From Candidatus Melainabacteria bacterium 17Bon1m (GTDB lineage: Bacteria; Cyanobacteriota; Vampirovibrionia; Obscuribacterales; Obscuribacteraceae), in assembly GCA_032128875.1 (NCBI GenBank), contig JAVLKG010000001.1, positions 640,001 through 704,000 of the forward strand: a stretch of DNA of 64,000 nucleotides, read 5' to 3'. The position numbers were made by a program, and so were the translations under genes. Under the pieces are notes generated by a model. It saw only the letters and a program-made list of their open reading frames with translations. It did not search any database and was not told the DNA's origin. Every line of letters starts with the position of its first letter. Position 1 is the first letter of the stretch. Positions 38,485 to 48,116 of this stretch are shown one piece after another.

Positions 38485-39246
38485 TTACTTCAGTGGTATA
38501 GCCTGGGCTTCTGGACCGACATTGATTATCAATGTGCTGCCTGTGTTTTCGCTCATTGTCTGAAGTGCTCTCAACTGCAATAGCATAGGATTGGTTTCTA
38601 GCATTTTTGCTGCATTGGCTAGGCTGCGCAAAGCCGCTGTTTCACCGCGCGCTCTTTCAAGGGCCGCCTGCCCTTCCTTTTGTGCTTTGACAATTTGTCC
38701 GAAGATCTTCTTGAAGTCGCCTGCAAACATTATGTCTTTTACATTGGCAGACGAGAGCTCTAGTCCCATGTCAGCCGCTTTTGGCTTGCAGACCTCCATG
38801 AGTTTTTCACCAATCTGGTTGCGTTTTTCCAGAAGCTCTTCAATTTTCATCGTTCCGACAATTTCTCTCAGCTCAAGTTGCAGCACCAGATATAGTGCGG
38901 TGTAATAGCTGTCAACCTTGATTGTTGCGAGCTTTGGATCGACTACTTTGTAGTTGGCGGCGACAGAAAGCTTGAGTCCAACATTGTCGAGACTCAATAA
39001 TTCTTGCCCGGCGATGGTCAAAGACTTTTCCCGCATATCTACTCTGGAGACAGTATGAATTTGTGGGCAAATCCAGTGCGCGCCTGGTTGTAGAATTTTT
39101 TCCAGCTTGCCGTCGGTGTAAAGCAAACCTTGTTCGAATTCCCAAATGGTAAATTTCTTCACGAATTTTTCGAAGAGCTTTGCGAGGAGAAGTAAGCCGA
39201 CGGATGCCAGCACTACGATAAGCAGGACTTCTGGAGCATGTTTCAT
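38485..39246 (-). CDS. SPFH/band-7 (slipin) family protein
   Basis: EFEQGLLYTDGK...PG, VDMRE, QELLSLD, VKDI, ETAALRSLANAAKMLETNP. ATG 39246 follows AAGGAGG. Confidence 0.9.
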   Translation of the reverse strand: MKHAPEVLLIVVLASVGLLLLAKLFEKFVKKFTIWEFEQGLLYTDGKLEKILQPGAHWICPQIHTVSRVDMREKSLTIAGQELLSLDNVGLKLSVAANYKVVDPKLATIKVDSYYTALYLVLQLELREIVGTMKIEELLEKRNQIGEKLMEVCKPKAADMGLELSSANVKDIMFAGDFKKIFGQIVKAQKEGQAALERARGETAALRSLANAAKMLETNPMLLQLRALQTMSENTGSTLIINVGPEAQAIPLK

Positions 39247-39266
39247 TGAATCCTCCTTATAATGCC

Positions 39267-39453
39267 TCATCTCAAAGGGCACACAGTCTGAGCGGAGGTT
39301 TTAACCTGCATGGCTCATCCCGTGTTGCCTTTCGGCTACCCTTTAAGATGAAAGCTGGTGGGAGTTGAACCCGTTACGATTGACAGTCGTACCATCGGAT
39401 GCCAATACGCAGAACGAAGGTGTAATTGCACCTCGCTGCTTGCCTCTCCGATA
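39267..39453 (-). ncRNA. Structured tRNA-like leader or ncRNA upstream of the slipin gene (family unassigned)
   Basis: 13-bp stem 39339-51/39267-79 (G-U pair on the minus strand) closing a three-way junction with GCC-GAAA-GGC; T-arm-like GGG-TTCAACT-CCC; anticodon-like TACGA-CTGTCAA-TCGTA; long 5' hairpin. Confidence 0.65.
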
Positions 39454-39459
39454 TGGGCG

Positions 39460-39486
39460 ATTATGGCACATTGTTTAAATCTGTGC
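39460..39486 (-). promoter_or_regulatory. Extended -10 promoter overlapped by a palindrome
   Basis: Minus-strand TG-c-CATAAT at 39468-39460; GCACA-N11-TGTGC at 39466-39486. Confidence 0.45.
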
Positions 39487-39519
39487 TCGAAGATTAATTG
39501 CCAAGGATCTGATTGAAAA

Positions 39520-41688
39520 TTATGCCTCGATCCAAATCGGTGCGCTCTTAAAAGACGGAGTCTTAGAGCGTGAATCTACGTTTCCTTTGATGAGTATATT
39601 TGCTTCCGGATAATACATAGCAACTGCGCCCGGCCTGATAGCGCCGACCACCACCTCGATGTTTTCCATTCGTCCTGCTTCACCGCGCACAGCAATCCGT
39701 TGCCCATCTTTGATGTTTAATTTCTCTGCGTCTTCTTTCGCCATCAAGATGCAATAGCGATGAGGAACACCTCGATAGAAATCGTATTCATCATAAACAA
39801 CACTGTTGAACTGTCCCTCTGAGCGCAGTGTCATTAAAATCAAGCCGTCTGAAACAGGCTTTGGCACCGGTGTTGGGTGCATAATCGCTTTGCCTGATTT
39901 AGTGCTGAATTGAGGGGTGTGATAAACCCGACCGGTAATCGTGAACTCTTTCTTGGTGTCGTCGATGGTGCCAATTGCTTCCCAGCCTGGAATTGTTTTT
40001 GCAATGATTTCCCGCACTTTCTTGTGATCTCTCAATGCCGTCCAATCAAATGGTTCTTTGCCCAGCACTCGATTGGCGATGTCGCAGATCACTTCTGATT
40101 CCGGCATCATTTGCCCCTGGACATTGGGTTTGCCACCTTCCGACAAGCGTATGAAATTGAACATCGACTCTTGCGTGGTTGCTTGCGGTTCTTCGTCTCG
40201 CGCAAGCACTGGCAAAATCAAGGTCGTTTCTCCACGACCAAAGAAATGCCCAGGGTTCAATTTTGTAGAGAGATAAACGATGGTTTTCACCTTGTTCATG
40301 CTCTCTCCAGCCCAGGTTGAATCAGGGTTTGAACCCCAAAGATTTCCACCAAGCGCAAAGAGAAAATCGATATCGCCCTTGCCGCAGGCATCAATCATTG
40401 CGTGCGTGTCGAGTCCGGGCGTGTCTGTGATTTTTGTGCCGTAAATTGTTTCTAGCGATTGCCTAACGCTATCTTGCAGCGCGGGGGCTACGCCCACGGA
40501 GCCTATTCCCTGTACGTTTGAATGTCCGCGAATGGGCAATAATCCGGCGCCCGGTTTTCCAACGTTGCCTGTAGCGATGGCTAAATTGCATACAGCTAAG
40601 ACATTGTCGACGCCGCTTGCGTGATGAGTCAAACCCATAGCCCATGCAAAGATTGTTCGCTTTGACATATAAATTATGTCCGCGCAATTCTCGATTGTTT
40701 CCCTGTCGACGCCGCTGTTTTTAATCAGATCATTCCAATCGGCACTGCGCGCATATTCGAGCACTTCAGCTGCACCTTCGGCGTAGCTATTGATGAATTC
40801 ATGATCTACTTTTCTTTTTTCAATCACTGATTTCAGCACGCCGACTAAAAACGCAACGTCACCACCCGGCAAAGGCTGCACATATGTCGATGCAATTTTT
40901 GTTCCGAAGAAAAGCGACTTTACTTGCGAAGGGACATGGAAATTCTCGAGCGGAGATTCTCGAACAGGATTTACGACGATGACTTTCCCGCCGCGCGCGC
41001 GCAAGTTGGCTAGTTGAGTCATTAGGCGGGGATGGTTGGAAGCCGGATTTGCGCCCAACAAAACAACCAAATCACAGCGCGTCAAATCTTCTAACTCAAC
41101 CGTTGCAGTCCCTGTGCCGAATGCCATTTTGAGCGCCACTCCCGATGCCTGGTGGCAGTAGAATGAGCAATTCATCACATTGTTGGTGCCGTACACTCGT
41201 GCGAATGCTTGCAATAGAAATGCTGCTTCGTTTGACGAGCGACCAGACGAGTAGAAGGCGGTTCGATTGGGCAACGTCTCTTTCATGGCGCTCGCAATGT
41301 GCTTTAGCGCGGCTTCCCATGTAATAGGTTTGAAATGAGTGGAACCCTTATCGAGCACGACAGGATACGAAAGTCTTCCGGCATCTTCTGCCTGCTTCGG
41401 CGTCAATTTCTCGAGATCGCTGAGAGAGCGCTTGTCGAAATAATCAGCGGGCAGCGCATCTACCATGTCTGCGACCTGCGCCTGAAGGCTTTTCTTGCAA
41501 ACCTCAGGCCAATGCCCGGCCTCATTCACCATGCCGCCTTTCATTCCGCCCATGCCCACCGCGCAGGTCTTGCAGGCGTTGCGGGAATTCATTCGTTTCA
41601 AAAGTCGCAGCGGACCGACTTGAAAAGCTTTTTCAAGGGAGTACATAATGGCGGGAAAGCCGCCGCCGGGTCTGAGTTTACGTGCCAC
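39520..41688 (-). CDS. FdhF/YdeP family molybdopterin oxidoreductase
   Basis: CKTC...CKKS, YSSGRSSNEA, NCSFYCHQAS, GANPASNHPR, IRGHSNVQG, LRSEGQFNS. Confidence 0.92.
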   Translation of the reverse strand: MARKLRPGGGFPAIMYSLEKAFQVGPLRLLKRMNSRNACKTCAVGMGGMKGGMVNEAGHWPEVCKKSLQAQVADMVDALPADYFDKRSLSDLEKLTPKQAEDAGRLSYPVVLDKGSTHFKPITWEAALKHIASAMKETLPNRTAFYSSGRSSNEAAFLLQAFARVYGTNNVMNCSFYCHQASGVALKMAFGTGTATVELEDLTRCDLVVLLGANPASNHPRLMTQLANLRARGGKVIVVNPVRESPLENFHVPSQVKSLFFGTKIASTYVQPLPGGDVAFLVGVLKSVIEKRKVDHEFINSYAEGAAEVLEYARSADWNDLIKNSGVDRETIENCADIIYMSKRTIFAWAMGLTHHASGVDNVLAVCNLAIATGNVGKPGAGLLPIRGHSNVQGIGSVGVAPALQDSVRQSLETIYGTKITDTPGLDTHAMIDACGKGDIDFLFALGGNLWGSNPDSTWAGESMNKVKTIVYLSTKLNPGHFFGRGETTLILPVLARDEEPQATTQESMFNFIRLSEGGKPNVQGQMMPESEVICDIANRVLGKEPFDWTALRDHKKVREIIAKTIPGWEAIGTIDDTKKEFTITGRVYHTPQFSTKSGKAIMHPTPVPKPVSDGLILMTLRSEGQFNSVVYDEYDFYRGVPHRYCILMAKEDAEKLNIKDGQRIAVRGEAGRMENIEVVVGAIRPGAVAMYYPEANILIKGNVDSRSKTPSFKSAPIWIEA

Positions 41689-41791
41689 GTCAATTACGCG
41701 CTTTGCGTTGCTGAGTTAGGTAATATAGTCGTCTACCAGTTATCAACGATTATATAGTGAGTTTTGCTCTCTTATCTGGGTTTCACTTCTT

Positions 41792-42952
41792 ATGACCACC
41801 GAAGACAAGCCGCCCGCCAAGACAACCAAAAAGCCAAGAATATTCTTCTTGCTCGGTCTGATTGCAACTACCGGCTATCTGACCTTCTTTTCGGTCAAGG
41901 CGACGACGCCGGAAATGAATAAGATAAAGCTGCCGCCTGGGTTTTCAATCGCACCCTACTTCAAAGGCGTTCCCGCTGCTCGTTCGATGGCCCTCAGCCC
42001 GTCCGGAGTTTTGTATGTGGGCTCGCGAAAAATTGATGGCGATGTCACCGCAATTGTTGATAAGAACAAAGATGGAGTTGCCGACGCTTCGTACATTGTC
42101 GGAAAGAAGCTCTATGGTCCACTGGGCATGGCTTACAAAGATGGCGATCTGTACGTCGGGCAAATCAATGGTGTTGTAAAACTCAAAGACATCGACAACC
42201 ATCTCACCAACCCGCCGGCGCCCGAGCCTGTGAATTTGAAACTACCTTCAGACCTCGCGCACGGTCACAAATACATTCGCTTTGGACCCGATGGGTGGCT
42301 TTACATTCCTGTGGGCGCACCTTGCAATGTTTGTGAAAGAGACTGGAACAAGTATGCGTGTTTGATGCGCATGAAGCCTGATGGTTCGAACTTAGAACTT
42401 TATGCGCAGGGTATCCGCAACACTGTTGGATTCGATTGGCATCCACTGACAAAGGAATTGTGGTTTACCGACAATGGCAGAGACTGGCTCGGTGACGACC
42501 TTCCGCCCGACGAGTTAAATTGTGCACCACGTCCAGGAATGAATTTCGGATATCCATATCGATACGGTCTCAATGTGAAAGATCCGGAGTACGGAGCGAA
42601 ACGCCCCAATGATGCAGACTTTACGCCTTGCAGTGTTCCACTCGGTGCTCACGTCGCAGCCTTAGGCATGCGCTTTTACACCGGCGATATGTTTCCGTCC
42701 GAATACAAAAATCAAATCTTTATCGCCGAGCATGGCTCGTGGAATCGCAGCAAACCAAGCGGTTATCGAATCATGTGCGTGAAGTTTGCTCCCGGGAAAC
42801 AACCCACATATGAAGTATTCGCAGAAGGTTTCTTGAATAGCGCCGGAATTCCAACAGCCCGACCAGCTGACCTTTGCCAGATGGCTGACGGGTCCTTGCT
42901 TGTTTCTGATGACCATGGTGGCACGATTTATCGCATTACATACAAGAAGTAA
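41792..42952 (+). CDS. Sorbosone/PQQ-dependent sugar dehydrogenase family protein
   Basis: FGPDGWLYIPVGAPCNVC, GIRNTVGFDWHP, AEHGSWNRS, LLVSDD. Confidence 0.9.
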   Translation: MTTEDKPPAKTTKKPRIFFLLGLIATTGYLTFFSVKATTPEMNKIKLPPGFSIAPYFKGVPAARSMALSPSGVLYVGSRKIDGDVTAIVDKNKDGVADASYIVGKKLYGPLGMAYKDGDLYVGQINGVVKLKDIDNHLTNPPAPEPVNLKLPSDLAHGHKYIRFGPDGWLYIPVGAPCNVCERDWNKYACLMRMKPDGSNLELYAQGIRNTVGFDWHPLTKELWFTDNGRDWLGDDLPPDELNCAPRPGMNFGYPYRYGLNVKDPEYGAKRPNDADFTPCSVPLGAHVAALGMRFYTGDMFPSEYKNQIFIAEHGSWNRSKPSGYRIMCVKFAPGKQPTYEVFAEGFLNSAGIPTARPADLCQMADGSLLVSDDHGGTIYRITYKK

Positions 42953-43106
42953 TTGCTCTAAAGTGTGTACAATTTCATTTTGCAAAAAACGGTGTGTTGT
43001 CGTCGCTTGAGAACCGCGATTCTTTACATCTTTTGTGCATACTGGGGAGAAATCGGTTACGTCACCGCTTCTTGTTTCTTGGGCGGTTTGTCTGGAGGAT
43101 TTTGAG

Positions 43107-45944
43107 ATGCGTCGCGCAAAAGTTTTTGCTATGGCGGCCCTTTTTCTGGCTTTGCAACCCGGCTTGTTGACAGCCTCGCCGGCATACGGCAATGACCTTT
43201 CGAATTTGCTCGGTAACTTAAGCGGACTCGGCAATTTTACGGACATTGATACGCGGCAGGTGCAAATTGAAAGACGCATCAAGGACGCGATTTCTTCAGG
43301 GCGCCTTACGTGGGCTGAGGGCGATGTTTATTTGAAACAGCTTGCACAGATTGAGAGAGCTGAAGCGGATTACAGAGTTTCCGACAACAAACTCTCCACC
43401 TGGGAAAGCATGCGACTTTCTCTCGAGCTCGATAAACTCAGTCGCGATTTAGAAACGCACATGCGCGATCGCAGCTCTGGCTCTGTCGATATCGACTCCA
43501 TGCAAGCCGACATCCTTAAGCGCATGACCGATGGATTGTCGGCGCGCCGTTTGACGAGACAAGAGTACGACGATCTCAAATACGATTTCGATCGCTCTGC
43601 CTCTCTCGAAGCGCTTTATCGCCAGTCCGACAATAAGCTTGATTACGATGAGACGATGAAATTGGCGCTCGATTTAGATCGATTGAGCACCAGATTGGAA
43701 CGCACGCTGCACGACCGTGATGTTTCCATCGGTGATGCCGATGCGCGCCAGGCAGAACTGGATAAGAAGATTCAAGATGGTTTGGGTTCCGGCAAATTGA
43801 CCGGCGGTGAAGCGAACCAATTGCGTTCAGAGTTCAACCGTATTTCCGAACGGGAAGCCGCATTGAAATCGTCTGGTCGTCCAATTTCTCCGGATGATCG
43901 CCTGGCTCTTTTGATCGATTTGGAAAGACTCAATACTCAAATCGAACTGAAGCTCAACAACTCAGAAACAGCGCCAACTGATGGCGCTCAAGTTAATGTC
44001 AAAAGAGCGCATATCGAAGCGTTCATTTCTGAATCGTTAGTTCAAGGAAAGTTGACGCCGCTTGAAGCACAACAGTTCAAAACTCAATTGGAGCGCGTGC
44101 AAACCCTGGCGCGTGACATGGCGCAAAGCGATGGGGTTTTGACACCTTTTGAGGTTCAAACGATTTCGGTTGAGTACTCAATGCTCGAGTCTCGTATCAA
44201 CCGCACGATGGTCGGGCGCTCTGGTGTTTGGCCTGGAATCACCGGTCGCGTTGGTGAAATTGAGCAGCGCATTAACGACTCTGCATCAAGTCGTCGTTTG
44301 ACTGATGCTGAAGCGACAAGCCTGCGTGCTGATTTGCAGCGCATCAAAGAAATGGCTGCCAGCACAAGAAAAACCGATGGCACTTTTTCGCTAGACAATT
44401 CGTTGGCTGTAGCTAGCGACCTCGAAAGGCTGAGCCACAAAGTAAATCAAAGCTTGCACGATCGCACAGAGATAAGTGTCGATCTCGATCAGAAACAACG
44501 CGAGATTGACAAACAGATTGCTGATGGCGTTTTGGCTGGAACATTGACTCTTCCTGAAGCAAGAGAACTGGACGCCGAAGGCGATCGTATTGAAAGAAAA
44601 GAAACAGAGTTCCGAACTTCTCAGAGCGGACTCAACTACCGCGAAAGACTCGCACTGGCATATGACCTGGAGCAATTGGCTACCAGGGTCGATCAGCAAA
44701 TTCGCGACAGTGAAAGAGAGCCGATCGATCTTCAAGCGCAAAAAGCGTTAATTGAAAAGCTCGTCACGGCTGCGACTATAAATGGTCGCCTCACCAATGA
44801 TGAAGCACGTTCGATCAAGGCTGAAAAGGACAGATTGACCGCGCTCGAATTTCAATGCAGGGCATCTGACGGTCGTTTGACTGCAGGTGAAAGTATTTTG
44901 ATTGCTTCCGAGTGGGACAAGTTGCAGCGCGCTGTTAAGAAACAGACGCAGGATAAAGAGCGCGATGTTTCTGATATAGATGCGCGTCAAGCTCGCATTC
45001 AGCGCCGCATTAGCGAAGGATTGTCCTCTGGACGAATCACCGCCCGCGAAGCCGATAGACTCGGAAAGGAATTTGATGTCATCTCTTCGAAAGAAACTCA
45101 GTTTAAGGCAGATGGAGGACTGAGTTATGGTGAGAGCTTGACCTTGGCGATTGAACTTGAACAATTGACAAGGAAAGTTGAAAACGCAATCGCTAATGGC
45201 AAAATCAGTTTGCCAGATGTCGACAGCAGGCAAAGAGAAATCGACGTCGAACTTGCGGCAGCTGTCGCCTCCGGTCGTTTGGCTTTGCGAGATGCGCAAA
45301 ACTTCCGAGCTGAGATTGACCGCATAGCGGCGGAAGAAGCTGGCTACCGGCAGTCGGGTGGTGGCATAAGCGTCAGCGAAACGCAAATGCTTTTGACAGA
45401 ACTCGACAAATTGCAAGCGACTGTCGATGCACGATTGAAAGATTCCAAGCCGGTTTGGAGTGGACTTGCTGGTCGTCGTAACGAACTCAGCACGCAATTG
45501 ACTCAGCTTGAGCAAGCAAAGAAATTGAAGCCGGAAGATTTGTTCAAGTTCAAAGCTGAACTAAATCGCATTTCGCAAGCTGAGGCAGCTTTCCAGGCAT
45601 CGGGTGGAGCAATCGACCTGGCAGAAACTGTCTCCCTGGTCAACGACTTGGATCTGTTGAAGCGTCGAGTTGATAGCCGTATTGGTGTCATTGCTGTCAA
45701 CCTCGCATGGGATGACATCGACGGACGTCAGGCAGATCTTGATCGACGCATCAATAAAGCTTTGATGCGCAGAATGATCAGCCCAGTAGAAGCGCAGAAG
45801 CTGAAGGCTGAGTCCACCAAGATTCACCAAGCCGAAGCGATCTTCAAAGCCAACGACGGCTCACTCAGCTATTTCGAGAAGATGGCACTAGCTGGTCAGC
45901 TCGACAAGCTGAACAGAATGCTGCCGCAAAAAATAGAAGACTAA
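43107..45944 (+). CDS. Large secreted protein built from 11 tandem ~80-aa helical repeats
   Basis: ATG 43107 follows GGAGG; signal peptide; unit IDxRQxxIxxRIxxGxxSGRLTxxE...LDxL. Confidence 0.85.
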   Translation: MRRAKVFAMAALFLALQPGLLTASPAYGNDLSNLLGNLSGLGNFTDIDTRQVQIERRIKDAISSGRLTWAEGDVYLKQLAQIERAEADYRVSDNKLSTWESMRLSLELDKLSRDLETHMRDRSSGSVDIDSMQADILKRMTDGLSARRLTRQEYDDLKYDFDRSASLEALYRQSDNKLDYDETMKLALDLDRLSTRLERTLHDRDVSIGDADARQAELDKKIQDGLGSGKLTGGEANQLRSEFNRISEREAALKSSGRPISPDDRLALLIDLERLNTQIELKLNNSETAPTDGAQVNVKRAHIEAFISESLVQGKLTPLEAQQFKTQLERVQTLARDMAQSDGVLTPFEVQTISVEYSMLESRINRTMVGRSGVWPGITGRVGEIEQRINDSASSRRLTDAEATSLRADLQRIKEMAASTRKTDGTFSLDNSLAVASDLERLSHKVNQSLHDRTEISVDLDQKQREIDKQIADGVLAGTLTLPEARELDAEGDRIERKETEFRTSQSGLNYRERLALAYDLEQLATRVDQQIRDSEREPIDLQAQKALIEKLVTAATINGRLTNDEARSIKAEKDRLTALEFQCRASDGRLTAGESILIASEWDKLQRAVKKQTQDKERDVSDIDARQARIQRRISEGLSSGRITAREADRLGKEFDVISSKETQFKADGGLSYGESLTLAIELEQLTRKVENAIANGKISLPDVDSRQREIDVELAAAVASGRLALRDAQNFRAEIDRIAAEEAGYRQSGGGISVSETQMLLTELDKLQATVDARLKDSKPVWSGLAGRRNELSTQLTQLEQAKKLKPEDLFKFKAELNRISQAEAAFQASGGAIDLAETVSLVNDLDLLKRRVDSRIGVIAVNLAWDDIDGRQADLDRRINKALMRRMISPVEAQKLKAESTKIHQAEAIFKANDGSLSYFEKMALAGQLDKLNRMLPQKIED

Positions 45945-45981
45945 GACGACCAAACTAGTTCGTCAAATGTTTTGTGAAACT

Positions 45982-46009
45982 AAAAGGGAGGTGAAAACAC
46001 CTCCCTTTT
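45982..46009. terminator. Bidirectional intrinsic terminator
   Basis: Perfect AAAAGGGAGGTG-aaaa-CACCTCCCTTTT between convergent genes. Confidence 0.85.
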
Positions 46010-46068
46010 GTTCAATTACTTTGGTTTGAATCCAAGTTTTTCAAGCGAAAAACGATCGATTCACGCGA

Positions 46069-47976
46069 CTAGTCGGCGGCGGCGCGGCGACGTTTTTCCG
46101 ATTGGAGAATACGCTTACGCATGCGCACCGATTGTGGTGTCACTTCCATGAGTTCATCTGGCTCGATGTACTCGAGGCATTTTTCCAAATTCATTTCCAT
46201 CGGTGCTTGCAATGTCACCAGCACGTCACTGTTTGAGCTGCGCATGTTGGTGAGCTTCTTCATCTTGCAAACGTTGATATCGAGATCTTGCGAGCGGGAA
46301 TTTTCGCCAACAACCATACCGGCATAAACCTTGGTGCCGGGGGTGATGAAGAATACGCCGCGGTCTTCGGCTTGAGCCAATGCGTAAGCAGTGGCTACGC
46401 CTTCTTCCCAGGCGATAAGAACACCGTTGCGCTGGCGAGCGATTTCGCCACACCATTCGCGGTATTCATTGAATGCGTGGTTCATTACGCCATTGCCCTT
46501 GGTGAGGCGCAAGAATTCGCTGCGGAAGCCAATCAATCCTCTTGTAGGAATGAGGAATTCGAGCAGTGATTGATTGCCTTCAACTTTCATGTTGAGCAAT
46601 TCTGCTTTGCGCGGTCCGAGTTCTTGCATGACTGCACCGGTAAAATCTTCCGGCACGTCGATGAAGAGGCGCTCGAATGGCTCGTTGTCCTTGCCATCGA
46701 TTTGTTTGAGAATTACTTCCGGTCTCGAAACCGCGAATTCGTATCCTTCTCTGCGCATGGTTTCGATCAAGATGCCCAAGTGCAATTCGCCGCGACCGCT
46801 GACAATAAATGTATCCGTGCTGTCGGTTTCATCAACACGCAAGCTGACGTTTGTCTCCAACTCGTGCAACAAGCGTGATTTGATTTGGCGCGAAGTAACG
46901 AATTTGCCTTCTTGTCCGGCGAACGGGCTGTCATTGACGATGAACGCCATCTTCATAGTGGGCTCGTCGATTTTGATGCGCGTCATTGCTTCGGACACAT
47001 CAGGGTTGCCGATGGTGTCTCCGACGTTGGCTGTGGAGAAACCTGCGATGGCGACCATTTGTCCAGCTTGTGCTTGGTTGGTCTCGATGCGCTTCAAACC
47101 ATGGAAGGTGAAGAGCTTGGAAATTTTTCCTTTCACAACGCTGCCGTCTTCTTTCATCAATGCGACTTGTTCGTTGTCTTTGACGCGTCCGTTATAGACG
47201 CGACCGATGACGATGCGACCGAGATAGTCGTTGTAATCGAGGATGGTTACTTGCATTTGCAATGGCGCATCCGGATTGCCGATGGGCGGCGGGCAATGCT
47301 CAACCATAAGGTCCAGCAGAGGGATTAGGTTTTCACCTTCCACTTCTGGATCTTTTGTAGCGATACCCTTGACTCCGGAGGCGAAGATATAAGGGAAGTC
47401 GAGTTGCTCGGCATTGGCGCCGAGTTCGACGAAGAGGTCGAATACTTTATCGACTGCGATATGCGGGTCGATATTCGGGCGGTCGATCTTATTGATGACG
47501 ACAATTGGACGCAGTCCGCGCTCGAGGGCTTTTCTCAGAACGAATCGAGTCTGCGGCATCGGACCTTCGCCGGCATCGACGACGAGAAGAGCGCTGTCTA
47601 CCATACCCAAGATACGTTCAACTTCGCCACCGAAGTCAGCGTGCCCGGGGGTGTCGACGATGTTTATCAGAAACTCTTTGTACTTAACCGCGGTAGTCTT
47701 GGCAAGAATCGTGATGCCGCGTTCGCGCTCCAAGTCATTGGAGTCCATTACGCAGTCGACTACTTCTTGGTTGTCGCGGAAAACTCCGGTCTGGCGCAAG
47801 AAGCCATCTACCAGTGTTGTTTTGCCGTGGTCGACGTGGGCAATGATGGCGATATTGCGGATATGAGCCATCGCCTCACACATTTGCGCTTCAGTAATGG
47901 CAGATGCCAGCTCCTGCGCGCCTTGGGTGTTATCGACTGATTGGGTTTCGGGTTTGTCCATGGTTGCTGAGTTCAT
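46069..47976 (-). CDS. typA: Translational GTPase TypA/BipA
   Basis: [48 protein letters not shown]. Confidence 0.97.
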   Translation of the reverse strand: MNSATMDKPETQSVDNTQGAQELASAITEAQMCEAMAHIRNIAIIAHVDHGKTTLVDGFLRQTGVFRDNQEVVDCVMDSNDLERERGITILAKTTAVKYKEFLINIVDTPGHADFGGEVERILGMVDSALLVVDAGEGPMPQTRFVLRKALERGLRPIVVINKIDRPNIDPHIAVDKVFDLFVELGANAEQLDFPYIFASGVKGIATKDPEVEGENLIPLLDLMVEHCPPPIGNPDAPLQMQVTILDYNDYLGRIVIGRVYNGRVKDNEQVALMKEDGSVVKGKISKLFTFHGLKRIETNQAQAGQMVAIAGFSTANVGDTIGNPDVSEAMTRIKIDEPTMKMAFIVNDSPFAGQEGKFVTSRQIKSRLLHELETNVSLRVDETDSTDTFIVSGRGELHLGILIETMRREGYEFAVSRPEVILKQIDGKDNEPFERLFIDVPEDFTGAVMQELGPRKAELLNMKVEGNQSLLEFLIPTRGLIGFRSEFLRLTKGNGVMNHAFNEYREWCGEIARQRNGVLIAWEEGVATAYALAQAEDRGVFFITPGTKVYAGMVVGENSRSQDLDINVCKMKKLTNMRSSNSDVLVTLQAPMEMNLEKCLEYIEPDELMEVTPQSVRMRKRILQSEKRRRAAAD

Positions 47977-48116
47977 GTTTCCTTTAGTCGTCCTTGGGCG
48001 ATCGGGCTATGTTATCTCGGTCTGTTTAGCCGGGAATCCCGGAAATATCTTTTGTTATCGGTGTATTCTGTTTATGAAAAGATTTGGTTTTGTTTGAATA
48101 TTGGAGTTGGCTGCTT

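Noticed and set aside
39345-39375. CGGGTTCAACTCCCACCAGCT resembles a tmRNA/tRNA 3' end (possible ssrA gene or att site)
   Set aside because: No matching 5' acceptor strand or tag ORF, the region is too short, the T stem is only 3 bp, and no integrase is nearby. Kept only as a tRNA-like element, not as tRNA-Asp or tmRNA.
39520-41688. Selenocysteine formate dehydrogenase with SECIS
   Set aside because: The ORF is uninterrupted, with Cys at the ligand position and no in-frame TGA.
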